From Paramecium tetraurelia (lineage: Eukaryota): DNA of 64,000 nt. The translations under genes were made by a program, and so were the position numbers. Shown here one piece after another: positions 33,415 through 46,589 of this stretch. Every line of letters begins with the position of its first letter. Within the stretch, counting starts at the first letter, position 1. Where the stretch lies: contig CT867986.1 of the NCBI GenBank assembly GCA_000165425.1, forward strand, positions 62,001 to 126,000, read 5' to 3'. The notes beneath the pieces were generated by a model that did not search any database, had not been told where the DNA came from, and saw nothing but the letters and a program-made list of their open reading frames with translations.

Positions 33415-34802
33415 TCATAATTATAATTTATTATATATACACATATAATATATTCTCTGTTGTCTCATTTTCAAAATAACTCATATTCTTTTTTTTTGTC
33501 TTTATAAATTGGTTAATAAATAACTTTACACTTATATTAAAATAAATAATTTTAATCATCATGACTACACTTAATGTTTCGATTAACCTTAATCAATTTC
33601 AACTCATATTATAAAAGGAGGAAGATAAGAAATAAGAACAATACTCATTATAAAAAAAAGAATATCCGAAAGGGCCAATCAATCTATATGAATCAAGATT
33701 TGAAAAAGTTTCGTTATCAAACCAAAAGATAAACGAAGTGATAGGCTGGATGTTAATAATAGCTGTCATTTTGATGATAATTGTAATACCAATCTCAATA
33801 ATATAAAATTCCATTATTGGATTCGCAATACCACTAATGTCAGTTACGACATTCTTTATTGTATATACAAATTGGATTTCTATGAAATTTTTTATAAACT
33901 CCTGAGATGTGATATTTTTTTGTTTTGTATAAATAACTAAATAGAAATGAAATTCCTATATTCCTATATATATAATGTAAAAATAGTTCAAGTTATAGCT
34001 AAAGACCGCTTATCCTTCAATTTTAAAGTCTCATAATCCTCCTCTGATTTCCATATTTTTCTTCTTTTATCAAATCTTTTTATCTTCTGATCCACCTCCT
34101 CTAAAATTTCTAGTTATCAAATGGACTCCTTATCTTAATAAGAACGAACTGTAATACAAAGCATTTTTATCTTCATTCTACTCTTCAAATATGCTTACCA
34201 AAGAATCCTCTTTGCTTTTAACCATAAATGAGAATCAAAGCTCTAACTGGACCAATTGGAGAAATAATTTATGGAATAAATGTCTTTACCTTAAAGAAGT
34301 ATGTTGCAGATTGGCTTCCAGGATAAAAATATTTCTTTGTTTATAAGATTTGCTTAGCCAGAATTAGGGTGTGATTATAGGCTTATAATCTTTCTTTATA
34401 TTCTTATGTAGAAATAGAGTTGATAGAAATGTTATTATTGAATGTTCCATAAAAATCAAAATGACTGGATTTTTGGTGAGATCTCCTAATTTACCTTAGA
34501 AGTGACAAGAATACTTAAATTAGTCGGGTAATAGTCGGAACTCAATTATTAGCACTCCTACAAATTTTCATATATATATAAATTAGGTCTCAAAATTTAA
34601 AGCAAAAATAATAAGTAATTCTATCTATTCCACTTTAAAACTGGTGTTTGAGTTAAATTCAATATGTGTTTATCTAAAATAGAGTTATTAATGAAATGAT
34701 ATAAGAATTTAAAAAGTCAACAATTTTACTTAGAATTCATTGAGGTAATAACTAGAAATAGTTAATAATATAGATTAAACATAAAATACAAAACTTAATA
34801 AT

Positions 34803-35997
34803 TCAATAATATTTAGTAGATAATAATAGCTTTTATTTATTGGTGTCTATGTCTGTAACCTATTGCTCATCATTGTTTTCAATATAGGTGAATCCTTAAA
34901 ACAAATTATTGTGATCTTTCTCATCCTTATATTCACTTATCGTTAAGACTTGATTCACAAATTTTGTATCAAAATTATCTTTTCCAATTATTTTATACGG
35001 AGCTTCGATTAATTTATCGTAATGTCTTCCCCAATCAACATTTTTCAGCCACGGATGACTCATCACTTCATCAGGACCTTCATTGCCTAATCTTTGATTG
35101 GCTTTTCTTTCTAATAATCTATTAACAAAGTCAGTAACTTCTTTAGATAGACCTTGCCTATTTAATTTAACTTATTTGCTCATTATCAATTCTCTAATTT
35201 GTCTTCTATTCTTTCCTTAGTAAGGTCTCTTCGCTTTTATTTAAAATATAATACTTTTCCTGTTAAGCATTCATAAACCAAACAACCTAATGCAAAGTAA
35301 TCGCAAGCTACGCCATGATCAGATTTCATCATAACTTCTGGAGCCATATAACCAGGAGTTCCACTTGTTTCATTTTTATTATTGGGTTTCCAAATTCTTG
35401 CAATTCCCATATCAGTTATATGAAGATAACCTTCATCATCAAACACTAGATTCTCTGGTTTGATGTCTCTATGAAGCACTAGGTTTTTATGCAGATATTG
35501 GAGTGCCATCAGTATGCAGATAACAAAAAACTCTATGATATCAAATAGAATTGCTACTTGTTTGCTCTTCACTGAATTTCCCTTGTTTGCATAGATGATA
35601 TCTTAGATCTCCTCCTTCCATATAGTCTAGAACAATGTACAAATGTGTCAAAGTCTAAAATGCTCCTCTCATGTTTACTAGAAATCTATTTCGATTAATA
35701 TAATACGGATGATTTAATTTTTAAAGCAGAATCCTCTCGTTCATCACACTCTAAATAGACTGTTTTTCAATTATTCTGATTTCTATATAGTTGAGAAATC
35801 TACTTAGATTTTATCATCTCTTTTAATGCAAAAAACCTTTTTTGGCATTTTACTTTCCAAACTCTACCAAAACCTCCCTTCCCTATGACATAGAGCAATT
35901 TATATTGCGACAATTAAGGGGCTAAATGATAGGGTGATCACTTACTATACAATTCCAATTCAGAAAGACTAAGTTCTTCACTTGAACAATTTCCCAT
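34803..35997 (-). CDS. AGC-group Ser/Thr protein kinase with N-terminal MGNC acylation motif
   Basis: IGKGGFGRVWKV, FALKEM, LHRDIKPENLV, ITDMGIAR, SGTPGYMAPE and an AGC C-tail (LFQGFTY). Several tiny introns. Confidence 0.9.
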
Positions 35998-36454
35998 ATA
36001 TTTAATATTATTATTTTATACAACGAAATCAATAAATATATAGATTCATTCTATTTCTTATCTCAATAGCTTACTGTAAACTCAAGGTAATTTAAGAACT
36101 TGAACTCTTCGTTACTATGATTTTACTAACAAATTAATATCACTATTTTCTACTCAATACAATTATTAAACAAGTAAAATTAAAATGACAATTAAACATA
36201 TTAAATTTAAACAGTTTATAATCAAGAAAGATAGGATTTTGTAATACACAATAAACATCTTACAGAATGTTTAATTAAAATCATGAAAATTAATTAATTT
36301 ATTAATTAAAATAATTAAGTTAAATCTCCTATTTTAAGATATTTATTTTTATATGCAAAAAATTAAGACTACATTACAAAATACATAGTTAAGTTAATTA
36401 GCTAATTCTGAAGTAATACATATAAATAACGTAGATTAAATATTATTAATATTA

Positions 36455-37141
36455 TCATTTATTAAATTTTTTACTGCTAGATTATTTTCTATTCATTTCT
36501 GCTTCCCAAGTTAAATGTGGATCAAAACCAAATTCATTATGTTGAACACTATTGGTCAATCTAAATGGTTCCTTATTATTTATCCTAACTTTTTCTAACA
36601 TTTCGTCCTCATGCACTTTTCCATATTTGCTTGGTCTTTAAACAAAATCCTCAAAATCTAATCTGAATTCATCCAATTATTTCTTTACTCCTGGTGGTGT
36701 CTTTGGTTTTTAGAATTCTTAATATTGACTAGGTATTTTGAATCCTTTGAAGCCTAAAAATATAGAAAATAGAGTTACCTTAAGGAGCCTTATAACTTCT
36801 CTCTGCCAAATTTATCCGCAATATTTCCCATTCATTCAATATTTTACCCTTCAATGTTGGTATTTTAGTAAATTCATCGTTTTTGAATCCAGGACCTTTA
36901 AATTGTATTAATGAATACTTTTCCATGCCATTCTAAATCTTCTTTTTAATTCTTAATAAACTTCTTCCTTGTCCTTAATTCTTGGTAAACCAACATCTAT
37001 TTCTTTGTTTTCTAATTTTTCTTATTTTTCTGTGTTAATTACATCTCTCGTTCTTCTTTAATGTTTATAATTAATCTTATTCATTTCCTTTTTTTATTTT
37101 CCTGAAGCCACAGTCATTTCATCTAGAAGTTACGAAATCAT
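36455..37141 (-). CDS. Hypothetical protein
   Basis: Coding-like exons from MISQLLDEMTVASG to ...FGFDPHLTWEAEMNRK...*. Internal intron structure not fully resolved. Confidence 0.45.
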
Positions 37142-37450
37142 TCTTCAATTATTTCACTTATAATTAATATAATATTAAATAAAAATAAAATATCTAAATA
37201 TCTCTTAGTTAAAAAGAGATAAGCTATTAACAATGTATGATAATAGGTTCTTGCTGTTAAATAGCATAATAAGATGAAGAATTTAAATAAATGGAAAATT
37301 AGGAATAAAATTCTTTTGATTGAGTTTTATTGGATGAAAGATTATTAAATTATGAAAAGAATTCATTAAATAATAATTTCAATGATTGTCATAAATTTAT
37401 TATTTAATTTACAATATATTATAATATAATTTAATATAATATAATATTTT

Positions 37451-38856
37451 ATGAATAAAGCCACTCGAACAACTAGTCTCAGATAGCATAAACTAACTTT
37501 TTTAAAAGACAATAATAATAGCTTATAATTATAGACCAGGTCGTAAAGCTTTAAATAAAACATAAGCATATCTCCTGATAAGAAATCATAAATATCTCCA
37601 ACAAAATAAAATAGTGTATTTTTGAATGGATAATTACTTGTATATAAATTTGTAAATATAAGACCCGTCCAAGATCAAAATATAATTAATAAGCCAATTT
37701 GTCTACTACTAAATTACAAGATTCCTAAAAAGTGTTTCTTATTCAACAAGCATAATAATAATAGGCTTAGTAACAAAGAGCTGAACAAAGTCCTGCATTA
37801 CATCGAAAACAATAGAGTGACAAAGTATTAAAGTATGACTTACCAAAAATATCTCCAATCAAAGCTAGACTGCCAATTAAATAGTTACAACCTGATATGA
37901 ATCAGCTGGACTTATTTAAAAGAGAATAAATCAAACAAAATCTAATCAAAAGTGCTTATACGAAATCTTAGGCTGGTAAAAATGAAGATAATTTAACCAA
38001 AACAAATCAAGACAGCTTCATCTCTCTTTAATCTTTTAAAGATAACATGTCCTTATTTGGTGTTTGTGATGGTCATGGACAAGAAGGTCATAAATGCAGC
38101 CAATTCATTCGAGATAATTTGCCTAAGAATATCAGTTCTCAACTATCTCAGAATCCCTCATCTATTATAGATTCCATCTCAAAGTCTTTCAATAGAACAA
38201 ACACCTAATTATGTAATGCGGAAGAAATAATAACTACCTTTAGTGGCTCCACTACTGTAATCAGTTTAATCGTTGATGACACAATTTACACAGCCAATGT
38301 TGGAGATTCCAGATCAATCATATGCAGATTACAAAGCAATGGAGTTAAAACTGCTATTTCATTATCAAATGACCATAAACCAGACCTACCCTAAGAGAGG
38401 AGAAGAATTGAATAGAGTGGAGGGAGAGTGGAACCCTATATTGACTTTGATGGATCTAGCTTAGGTCCATCAAGAGTTTGGTTAAAAACAGAGGATATTC
38501 CAGGATTGGCTATGAGTAGAAGTTTCGGTGATAAGGTTGCAGCAAGTTGCGGTGTTATTTGTGAACCAGGTAATTATAAGCTATTTTCTATTTAGAAATT
38601 TTAACTCACAAGATTCAGGAAGGAGATCTATTTATGGTTCTGGCATCGGATGGAGTTTGGGAATTCCTAAGCAATGAATAAGTATAATAAATTATTAATT
38701 AAGGTGATAGATATGATATATCCATATTATGTCCAAGATGAAGGAAATGCTGCATGTGTTCGAATTGTAAAGGAATCTATTAAATTATGGAAATTAAATG
38801 ATACAGTAATAGATGATATTACTATTGTTATTGTATTCTTTAACAAATAAAAATGA
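37451..38856 (+). CDS. Protein phosphatase 2C (PPM family) with low-complexity N-terminus
   Basis: KTNQDS, LFGVCDGHGQEG, SGSTT, ANVGDSR, DHKPD, GLAMSRSFGD, LASDGVWEFL, DDITIVI. Confidence 0.92.
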
Positions 38857-39158
38857 TAATTATTTATCTATCATTTCATCAACAAATTCTATCTTAACTT
38901 ATTTTGATTTGTTTAACAATATTAGATATATTATTCTTCCATTTTAGGTTTATACAAAACTTCAATAATCAAATCCTCCATTATTCCTTTGTTAATTCTA
39001 CTTTATCTTGTTCTTAAATTGATGTTAATTCGAAACAATTACGAATATTCTATAAAAGTGTTAGAATCTCATAATCAAATAATTAAAAAAAATTAATAAT
39101 TATTTATAGTATTTTTATCAAATAAATAATATCGTTGTTTTCAGTATAAATAATAAAT

Positions 39159-41093
39159 TCAAACAATAAAGGAATCAATAAAGTTTAAAAATCTTTTGCA
39201 GTAAGGATCTGGACTTCTACAAGACAAGTCCTATTTCTTTTTAAATCTCACACTTCTTTTGAAACATTATTCGCTTTTTTTTGATTGATTGAATCTTTAT
39301 AAATAATCTATAATTGAAAATGAGTAAACGATATTTTTCGCTTCATTGACTACAAATCTGTAATTATCATTCTCACTTTATTATGTATTTTATACGCAGA
39401 TCCCTAAAAGTAATGAATAATCCATATATCCAATATCTCTAAGAAAGTAGCAATCATCCTTAAACTATTGCTTTATTTGATCAGAAAGTTCTTTCTCTAA
39501 ATTAATAGGGTTGTAAGGAGATTATTTAAAATTATTATCCTTTTGAACACTATCTTCAGATTTTGAGGTTCTATTTGCAGTTGAGCCTTTTAAATCATAT
39601 ACTACAAATTCATTGTCTAACGTTTTCATTTGTTCAAACGAATTTTCCATTAAAACTATATATTGTGTTTTGTAAGCCATCAATTTAATTTTAAATATTC
39701 CATAAATTTTAGCAATGAGTGATTTTTTATTTCCACTGATATGATTAAAATATGAAACTATACGACCATCTAAGAAATCTTTGATTTCAGATTTTTCAAC
39801 GGTCTTAACAATGAGTTTATTATTTTAACTATAAAAAAAAAATGCTCCACTTCTACCCATAGATTCCTTTGCTTTTTCAAAGGCCTTCTAATTGTACTAC
39901 AATTCTAAGGTGTATTCCAATATGTTTTTAGTCAAATTGTCTTATTTCAATAGAGTAGTAAAACTGTTTGGATGATATGTGTTCACTAAAATGATAGAAT
40001 CTCTAATGACATCATTCTCATTATATGAAATTCTGCTTTCATCTAGTTCTGATAGGTGAAATTTAAATGTGTAAGTTCTCTTCATCTCAAATTCTTTCAT
40101 ATGGTGATCGAATTGCTTTTCAAGGGTTGCATAGACAGCCTTGACTAATCCTTTGACAAGCTCGTTGATTTAGGTCTTTAGCAATTTCTCATATATTGGC
40201 ATCATCTTATTTTGAATATCGCTATTCAATCCGTATTCAATACTTTCTATATCCTCTATGTAGGATTGTTATTGACACGATCTAAAGAACACTTAGTATA
40301 GTTTCTGATAAGAATAGGGTTAAATGAGATGGAAAATAGAGAAGAACAAACCTTCTAAACTCAAGGCTACTTTTAATGTATATGAGTCTTTATCCTCATT
40401 AAAGTCTAGATTATAATACGAAAAAGCAAAATTAATTGTCAACATAGTGAAGAGCCAAGAGGCTTATTATTTCACAAAATCACTTTTGAATTTGTAAAGT
40501 CTTTTACTTTATAATGTTTTGTTTTTATTCAAAATTATCCATATTGCTAAGTAGAAAAGGGTGCAAATCAAGAAACTAAAAAAATTGATGTAGGAAGCCA
40601 AAACACTGTATGTTTTTATATTACTAGGTTTTAAAGAATATCATTACTTCCAAAATAGTAGTGGTATGATAATCAATACTAAAATTAATAGGCATTGCAA
40701 CAATAATAGAAATAAAAAAACAGATGAGGATGTTGCTTAAAAAGGATTATAAATGCATATTTTTACTTCATTGAGAAATAAAATAAACTAATTTGAGATA
40801 ATAATTATAATAACACCTATGAGGAATTTGGTTAATTTATGTAATTCCGAAAATGCACTTTTATGATTGCTTTCAATAATAACCAAAGCTTAATCAATAA
40901 AGATAAATATGCCTAAGACTATAAATAAGCTGGAAATCCACACAATGATTCTAATATTAATGAGGAAAATAAACTTTGAAGGGTATTTCCGATAAATAGG
41001 GGAGACAATCCCTAAAATACAAATTAAAAAGCAAGCCAGCATCGATATGGCTGTGCAACCAATATCAACGTAAGCGACTGTGACTATTGTCAT
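39159..41093 (-). CDS. 7TM (cAMP-receptor-like GPCR) fused to a phosphatidylinositol-phosphate kinase (PIP5K-type) domain
   Basis: About seven hydrophobic segments in the first 250 aa, then GRSGAFFFYS..KLIVKT, SLIAKIYG, VLMEN, YDLKGS..R, KDNN, MDYSLLLG and SCRSPDPYCKRFLNFI. Confidence 0.85.
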
Positions 41094-41319
41094 TAAGGTA
41101 TGAGATTTTAATTAATTGTTTTATTATTAATTGAGTTTGAAAAATAAATATGATATTTGATAATATTTGTGGAATGCTATCAATTATATATATTATATTT
41201 CCATTGATTTTGTAATTTAATATTATTAAATTAATGCCATTCCAATGTAATCGGAAAGAAGAATTCTCAACTCTACAAATAATATAATTATAATTTTAGG
41301 GTTTTTGTAAATCTATAAA

Positions 41320-42459
41320 TCATCTTCTTCTTACTCCTGCCCCTTCTAATTCAGTGACTATTTTAGGAAACAGGGTTGTCTAAGTTATTAATTGATCAAG
41401 CAATTTGTTATGTTCATTAGTTCTATTGATTTTTATTTTATATACCTCTCAATCCATCTGTTGTTGGTATTATCTAAGTTATCTGTAGCGGTTTTGAAAT
41501 TGGATTGAGCATCTCTTAACAAATTTGATTTGGTTTGAATTTAGCCTACAATTAGGATACATGAATTACCATCTCTTGTTTGGATTTCAGCTTGAATGGT
41601 TGGTATGACGATTGTCGATAAATTTGTAATTCTTTAATTATATTAACTTAGGTTGTGATCATCAATTGTTCTTATTTACTAATAGGAATTTTCTAAATCA
41701 GTTTTATTCTTAACAATTGTATCTCTTAAGTTTTGGATCAATCTCTACACTTTTGCACTTGCTTCTTAATCGTTGAAACTTGGAGCCATTATTTGAGTGA
41801 AAGCAGTGATCAATGGTGCATACATGATTCTTTAATGTTGCAATTGTTTTAAGCCTTCCTCCAAGAAAACAACATTTCTATTTTAAATGAAAGAACCATC
41901 TCTTAATTAGCCAATCAATTACAAAGCTTAATCAAGTGCCTAAACTGCATTTGTATATTGATTTTATTGATCTTTGAATATAGCTTCTTCCTTGGTGATT
42001 CTCTATTACAAACCATCAGCCAATGATTAGACTTCCTTCAACTCATCTACTTTTCCATTTAATCCAATTTATAACAAATTCCTACTTTCAGTGAAGTCTG
42101 TTAGATCTATTTCTAAGGAGGCTATCTATGATAATTTATGAAATCAATACTTCGTTTTAATACTAAGTAATTTATCCAGAGAAAAACTCTTTATCTGTGA
42201 AATATTAAACTTCATTCTATTAATATTCTTTATCTTCATCCACAATTCTCTATTTTATTGAATTCTCTAAATCATCTATAGCTGCATAGAGTTTAGAAAA
42301 GTCGAATTGTTAAGCCTTAGACTTTAAGGTGAGTAATTTCAGAAAAGCTTTTCCTAGATGAGTTCTCTCTAATTCATTGACTATTGGATTAGAGAGAGGC
42401 CCTTAAATCTGACTAGCCAAGCTGAGCGATATCAACAAAATACAAACTAACTTCCTCAT
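41320..42459 (-). CDS. Trichocyst matrix protein / granule lattice protein family precursor (divergent)
   Basis: Signal peptide MRKLVCILLISLSLA; THLGKAFLKLLTL; central GSFIQ and YAPLITAFTQI; coiled-coil halves. About 355 aa with three tiny introns. Confidence 0.75.
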
Positions 42460-43246
42460 TACAATTCGTTTTTTAAATATTAAAATTAATCCTCATTTCT
42501 TTAAAATAATTATAAAAATATGTTTCAGACCATTAAAAATCATCAAACCATGAGTTCTAAAATTGAAAAGATTAGAGGTCTTAAATATATGTATTTTGAC
42601 TAATAAAATAATTAATATATTAATATTCTTTGCATTTCAAATTTTATATTGATTATTGTTCAATATCAACTTAAATTGATATATTATTGTTAACTCTATT
42701 ATTAATATTTTTGTAGAATTAATAACAAAGTCTAGTCTTTGAAGAATTGTATATTAAAAACTAATAAACAGTTTTATTCAATAAATAATTATTAATTAAT
42801 TTTATTGCTTATGAATGATCCTATATTTTCCTATTATTCTAAATCTTTAATGAAATTAATTGATAGATAATGTTAATATTATTATATTTCATTAAACTAT
42901 AAATAATATGAATATAGTAATATTTTAAGTGAGAATAGAAACCATTCGTTTAATGATCCTAATTATTTCGAAAAATGAATATTCTAATTTGAAAAACACA
43001 TGTTGCAAAATATTTTAAAACATATGGGTTTTTATCTTATAATAAGAAAATGTATCAAAATTGTATTCATTTATATTTGAATTCTAAATCTTTAATTATG
43101 AAGATCATTTTACATTAAATTTTGGATTTTTAAAGAAATGTTCGAATATGAATGTTAGGACATACATAAATGATACTTTATTATTATATTTAAAAAATAC
43201 ATAAAATTATTCGAATTTTTCAATAATTTGCAAATAAATATTTATA

Positions 43247-44220
43247 ATGGATTAATTGGAAGCATTGTTAGTCAAGAGTCCAACTAATCAATATATAATA
43301 TATAACAAGATCCTGGGAAGAGGAGCATATGGAGTTGTTTTACTTAGTAAGCAGATCAAATAATAATAATTTTATGCAATCAAAATAGTACTAATATCTG
43401 TCATTGAAGATTTCCAAAACAGTCTTAGCTAAGATTAATGGAGCCTACAATATGAGATAAGAAATATTGTTTCTTTCAAAATTGCAACATCCTAATATTA
43501 TAAAAATGTATGAAACTTTTGAAGATGAAAACTATTTTTATATAGTGTTGGAATACTGTTCCAAAGGAAATTTATTTTTATTACTTAAAGAATAAGGAGC
43601 GTTTCCTGAAGAAAAGGCTTTTAAATACTTCAATTAAATTTTGTAAGCAATATAATTTATGCATAAAAGATAAATTATCCATAGAGATTTAAAAGTTCTT
43701 ATTTATAAATATTTTTGAAATAGTTGGCAAACATTTTATTAACATAAGACGATAATATAAAGATTTGCGATTTTAATTGGGCAACAGAATTAATTGATGG
43801 GCAAGCTGATCCAGTACTTTGTGGAACTGTTGACTAGATGCCACCAGAAGTTTCTTCCTTTAGTTTTCATGATACAAAATTGGATATTTGGAGTTTAGGA
43901 GTTTTATTATATGTAAAACGAATCATTATAAAAAGGAAATGTTACATAATAGTCTTCCAATAATATCTTTTGTGACTGAATTGTCATTCGGACGACATGT
44001 CAGCGAAGAAGCAATAGACTTAATAAAAGATTTAATGAACCTAGAAAAATCTTAAAGACCAGCAGTAAGTGAAATCTATTCTTACAAATGGATGAAAAAT
44101 AACCTTGCTAAATTAAAAATCTAATCTACGATTTAAAGTTCACGTGTGACTCCAAGACATTCAAAATAAAATAGTTTGGATCTGAAAGATATAAGTAAAT
44201 GTATCAGAACTGAAAATTGA
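43247..44220 (+). CDS. Ser/Thr protein kinase (Aurora/CAMK-like) with atypical DFN motif
   Basis: LGRGAYGVV, YAIKI, LQHPNIIKMYETFED, IIHRDLK|LANILL, ICDFNWA, LCGTVDQMPPE, LDIWSLGVLLY|EML. Three tiny introns. Confidence 0.85.
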
Positions 44221-44261
44221 ATCAGTCATGATAAAATATATTTCAAAATTATTTATAATAT

Positions 44262-45245
44262 GTCATCTATCAAAATAGTGAATTAAACTATACGACTGGA
44301 CTATTTAAAAGTTCATAAATTATTAAAACATATTTTAGAGGCTTCGTTTTGGTTTATTGATAACTATAGATGTCAAATTTTGGAGCACTCACTTCAAAAT
44401 TACCTGTCTTTTAATTTTTCATCATCGTCATCCCCATCTTATTTTGAAGCAGAATCTCCAGGCTTTTAGAATATTCATTTAGAATCGTTACTCTAATGAT
44501 CTTCAGTAATAGCACATAAGACTTTAATTTTATCCTAAAATTTTCCACCTAAACTAATTCATATATGGTCTGGTTTTTAATGAATTTTGCTTTCGAATCT
44601 TACATAATATCCATTATAATAAGGAGCAAAATTCAAAGAGTTTTACAATTGTGTTTACCCACTGATACCATAATCATTAGTTAATACCTCAAATTTCTTA
44701 GTCTTAAAAATCCAAAGGTTATTTATATTTACCCTAAATTAATAAAAATTATTTCAATACAATCTAGATAATCTTGTTAAAAGGATTTTAATTATTCTTT
44801 TTATACAATTATTTAAACAATTAACATAAAGATTATTTACAAGGATTATATGGACTTTATTCTATTTGCAAAATTATTAGTATAATCCTACTAGTTTAAA
44901 ATAGAATTCATTAGAATACCTTAACTAATCAAATTTAATGAATTTTAGAACAAAATAGCATTAATTAGAGTCTAATTTTGAACTTTCTTTTCTCTCTTTT
45001 TTTAAATAACAATAATAAGAGTTAATACAATGCTTTAGCTTAATAGAATACTTTAAATTGCTATTAGATACAAGTCCTAAATTTCTCATAAAGTTCTTCT
45101 AGTACTTAGCCAATTTTATTTTTAGATTTGTTGATTATTTCTTCTTTATAAATGTAGAATCAAACCTTCTTAAATAATTATTTGATTTTCTTAACTTTAT
45201 GACACAAACTATGAATATTATTTGAAAATCTTATACCAACCCCAT
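44262..45245 (-). pseudogene. Probable decayed gene of unknown family
   Basis: Coding-like exons with canonical tiny introns, but in-frame TGA codons at 44559-44561 and 44475-44477 that no obvious intron removes. Confidence 0.4.
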
Positions 45246-45359
45246 GAAATATTCTAAACTCATCTTATATATCAAATAGAATTAATAAAATCGTGTACTT
45301 TTTTCGATATTTAAATTTGGAAAACTTGATTTTAATATTTAATTTTATCTTTAAATTAT

Positions 45360-46468
45360 ATGTTAATAGCATCCTTTTAAATTCTACTTTCAATTAACTT
45401 AGCTGCTTTTTCAATACTGTCCTACAACTACTTAATTGTAAAATATATTATTGAATTTTAGAGCCAAAAAGAAGTAGTATTCTAATCGTATTATAATCAA
45501 GAATAGGTGGAAAACATTAATCGAATCGAATAAATAAATAATGCTCTATTTCCCATCCTTGAGGATATATCTGTAATTATTATATAATAAGCTAGTTTGA
45601 CCCTGAATTCAGAATATACAGGTATACTGACACATTAAATTGCCCAATTGAGATGAATTAGAATGAATGCCATGTCGAGACTTGCAATTTAAGAAATGTA
45701 GAGGGAGAAGATTCTATAATGACAGTGGACTTGAAATATATGGGAGAGAAATACACAGGACAACAAGGATAAAGCATATGGCTCAACATATATGAAGAAC
45801 TCGGAAAGAATTCCACTTCAGAGATGCATAATCATTTCATCAATCTAATAAAGGGACTTCATTCATCAATATCTGTCTCAATCACTGAGTAATTTGATTA
45901 TGGGAATAAAACAGGAGCTAATGTAGACTTCTTCTTTTGGCGTGTTGGTGATTATCCAGATAGAATTTATAATCTTTATTTTTTGGAGTCATTCTTAATC
46001 TAAGCCTCCAAATTTCTCTAGATTAATCAAATTGAATTGCCACATTTAACTTAATTGAAGGTGCAAGGATTGTTATCCTCATACAATTTAATGCCTCTTT
46101 ATAAGTTTGACTACTTCTAGAATTTAACCAAGAAAGATTTAGAATAGTATAAAAATGACATTAAATTGCTTGATTCTTATATGGATTGTGTGCATTGCAA
46201 AAGATGCAAGGTTAATGGAAAGCTATAAATTCATGGGTTGGAAACATCTATTGAACTTTTATTCCATGATGATAAAGGAGCATACTTTGAAAAAAATGAT
46301 GTGACAGCCTTCTTGAATACTTTTTAAAAGATATCTAGCTCAGTGAAATCAATAGAATCAATGTTCGAAAGAAGAAAATAAACTCAATATCACTATTTCA
46401 AGTTGTCAGGCTTTGGTTTTTTATTTTTGCTTTTCTTATCCCAAGTGGTCGTGTTGTTAAAGAGATGA
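45360..46468 (+). CDS. ERO1: ER oxidoreductin 1 (Ero1)-like protein
   Basis: N-terminal hydrophobic signal; CP...C....C; VDL...EKYTG; IWLNIYEE; LIKGLHSSIS; YPDRIYNLYF; inner active site MDCVHCKRCKVNGKLQIHGL (46187-46207). Confidence 0.85.
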
Positions 46469-46589
46469 ATTTACATATATATTGTATTTTAAAACATTAA
46501 ACATTTTATTGATATATTTCTATGATTTCATCATTCTGAATCTATTTAGTTATGAAATATATTGATATTAAATAAAATAAATAGAATAA

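Noticed and set aside
40624..40650. In-frame TGA in the 7TM region of the GPCR-PIPK gene
   Set aside because: It lies inside a canonical 24-nt intron (GTAATGATATTCTTTAAAACCTAG).
17846..41093. PTEN and PIP-kinase genes (and likewise the two cyclins and two TMP genes) as a functional cluster
   Set aside because: They are separated by unrelated genes and belong to large Paramecium families, so co-occurrence is expected by chance.
42460..43246. Long AT-rich gaps (also about 29400-30040 and 1990-2480) as possible retained IESs, transposons or ncRNA genes
   Set aside because: I saw no terminal inverted repeats, transposase frames or RNA-gene signatures. TA-bounded IESs cannot be called without germline versus macronuclear comparison.
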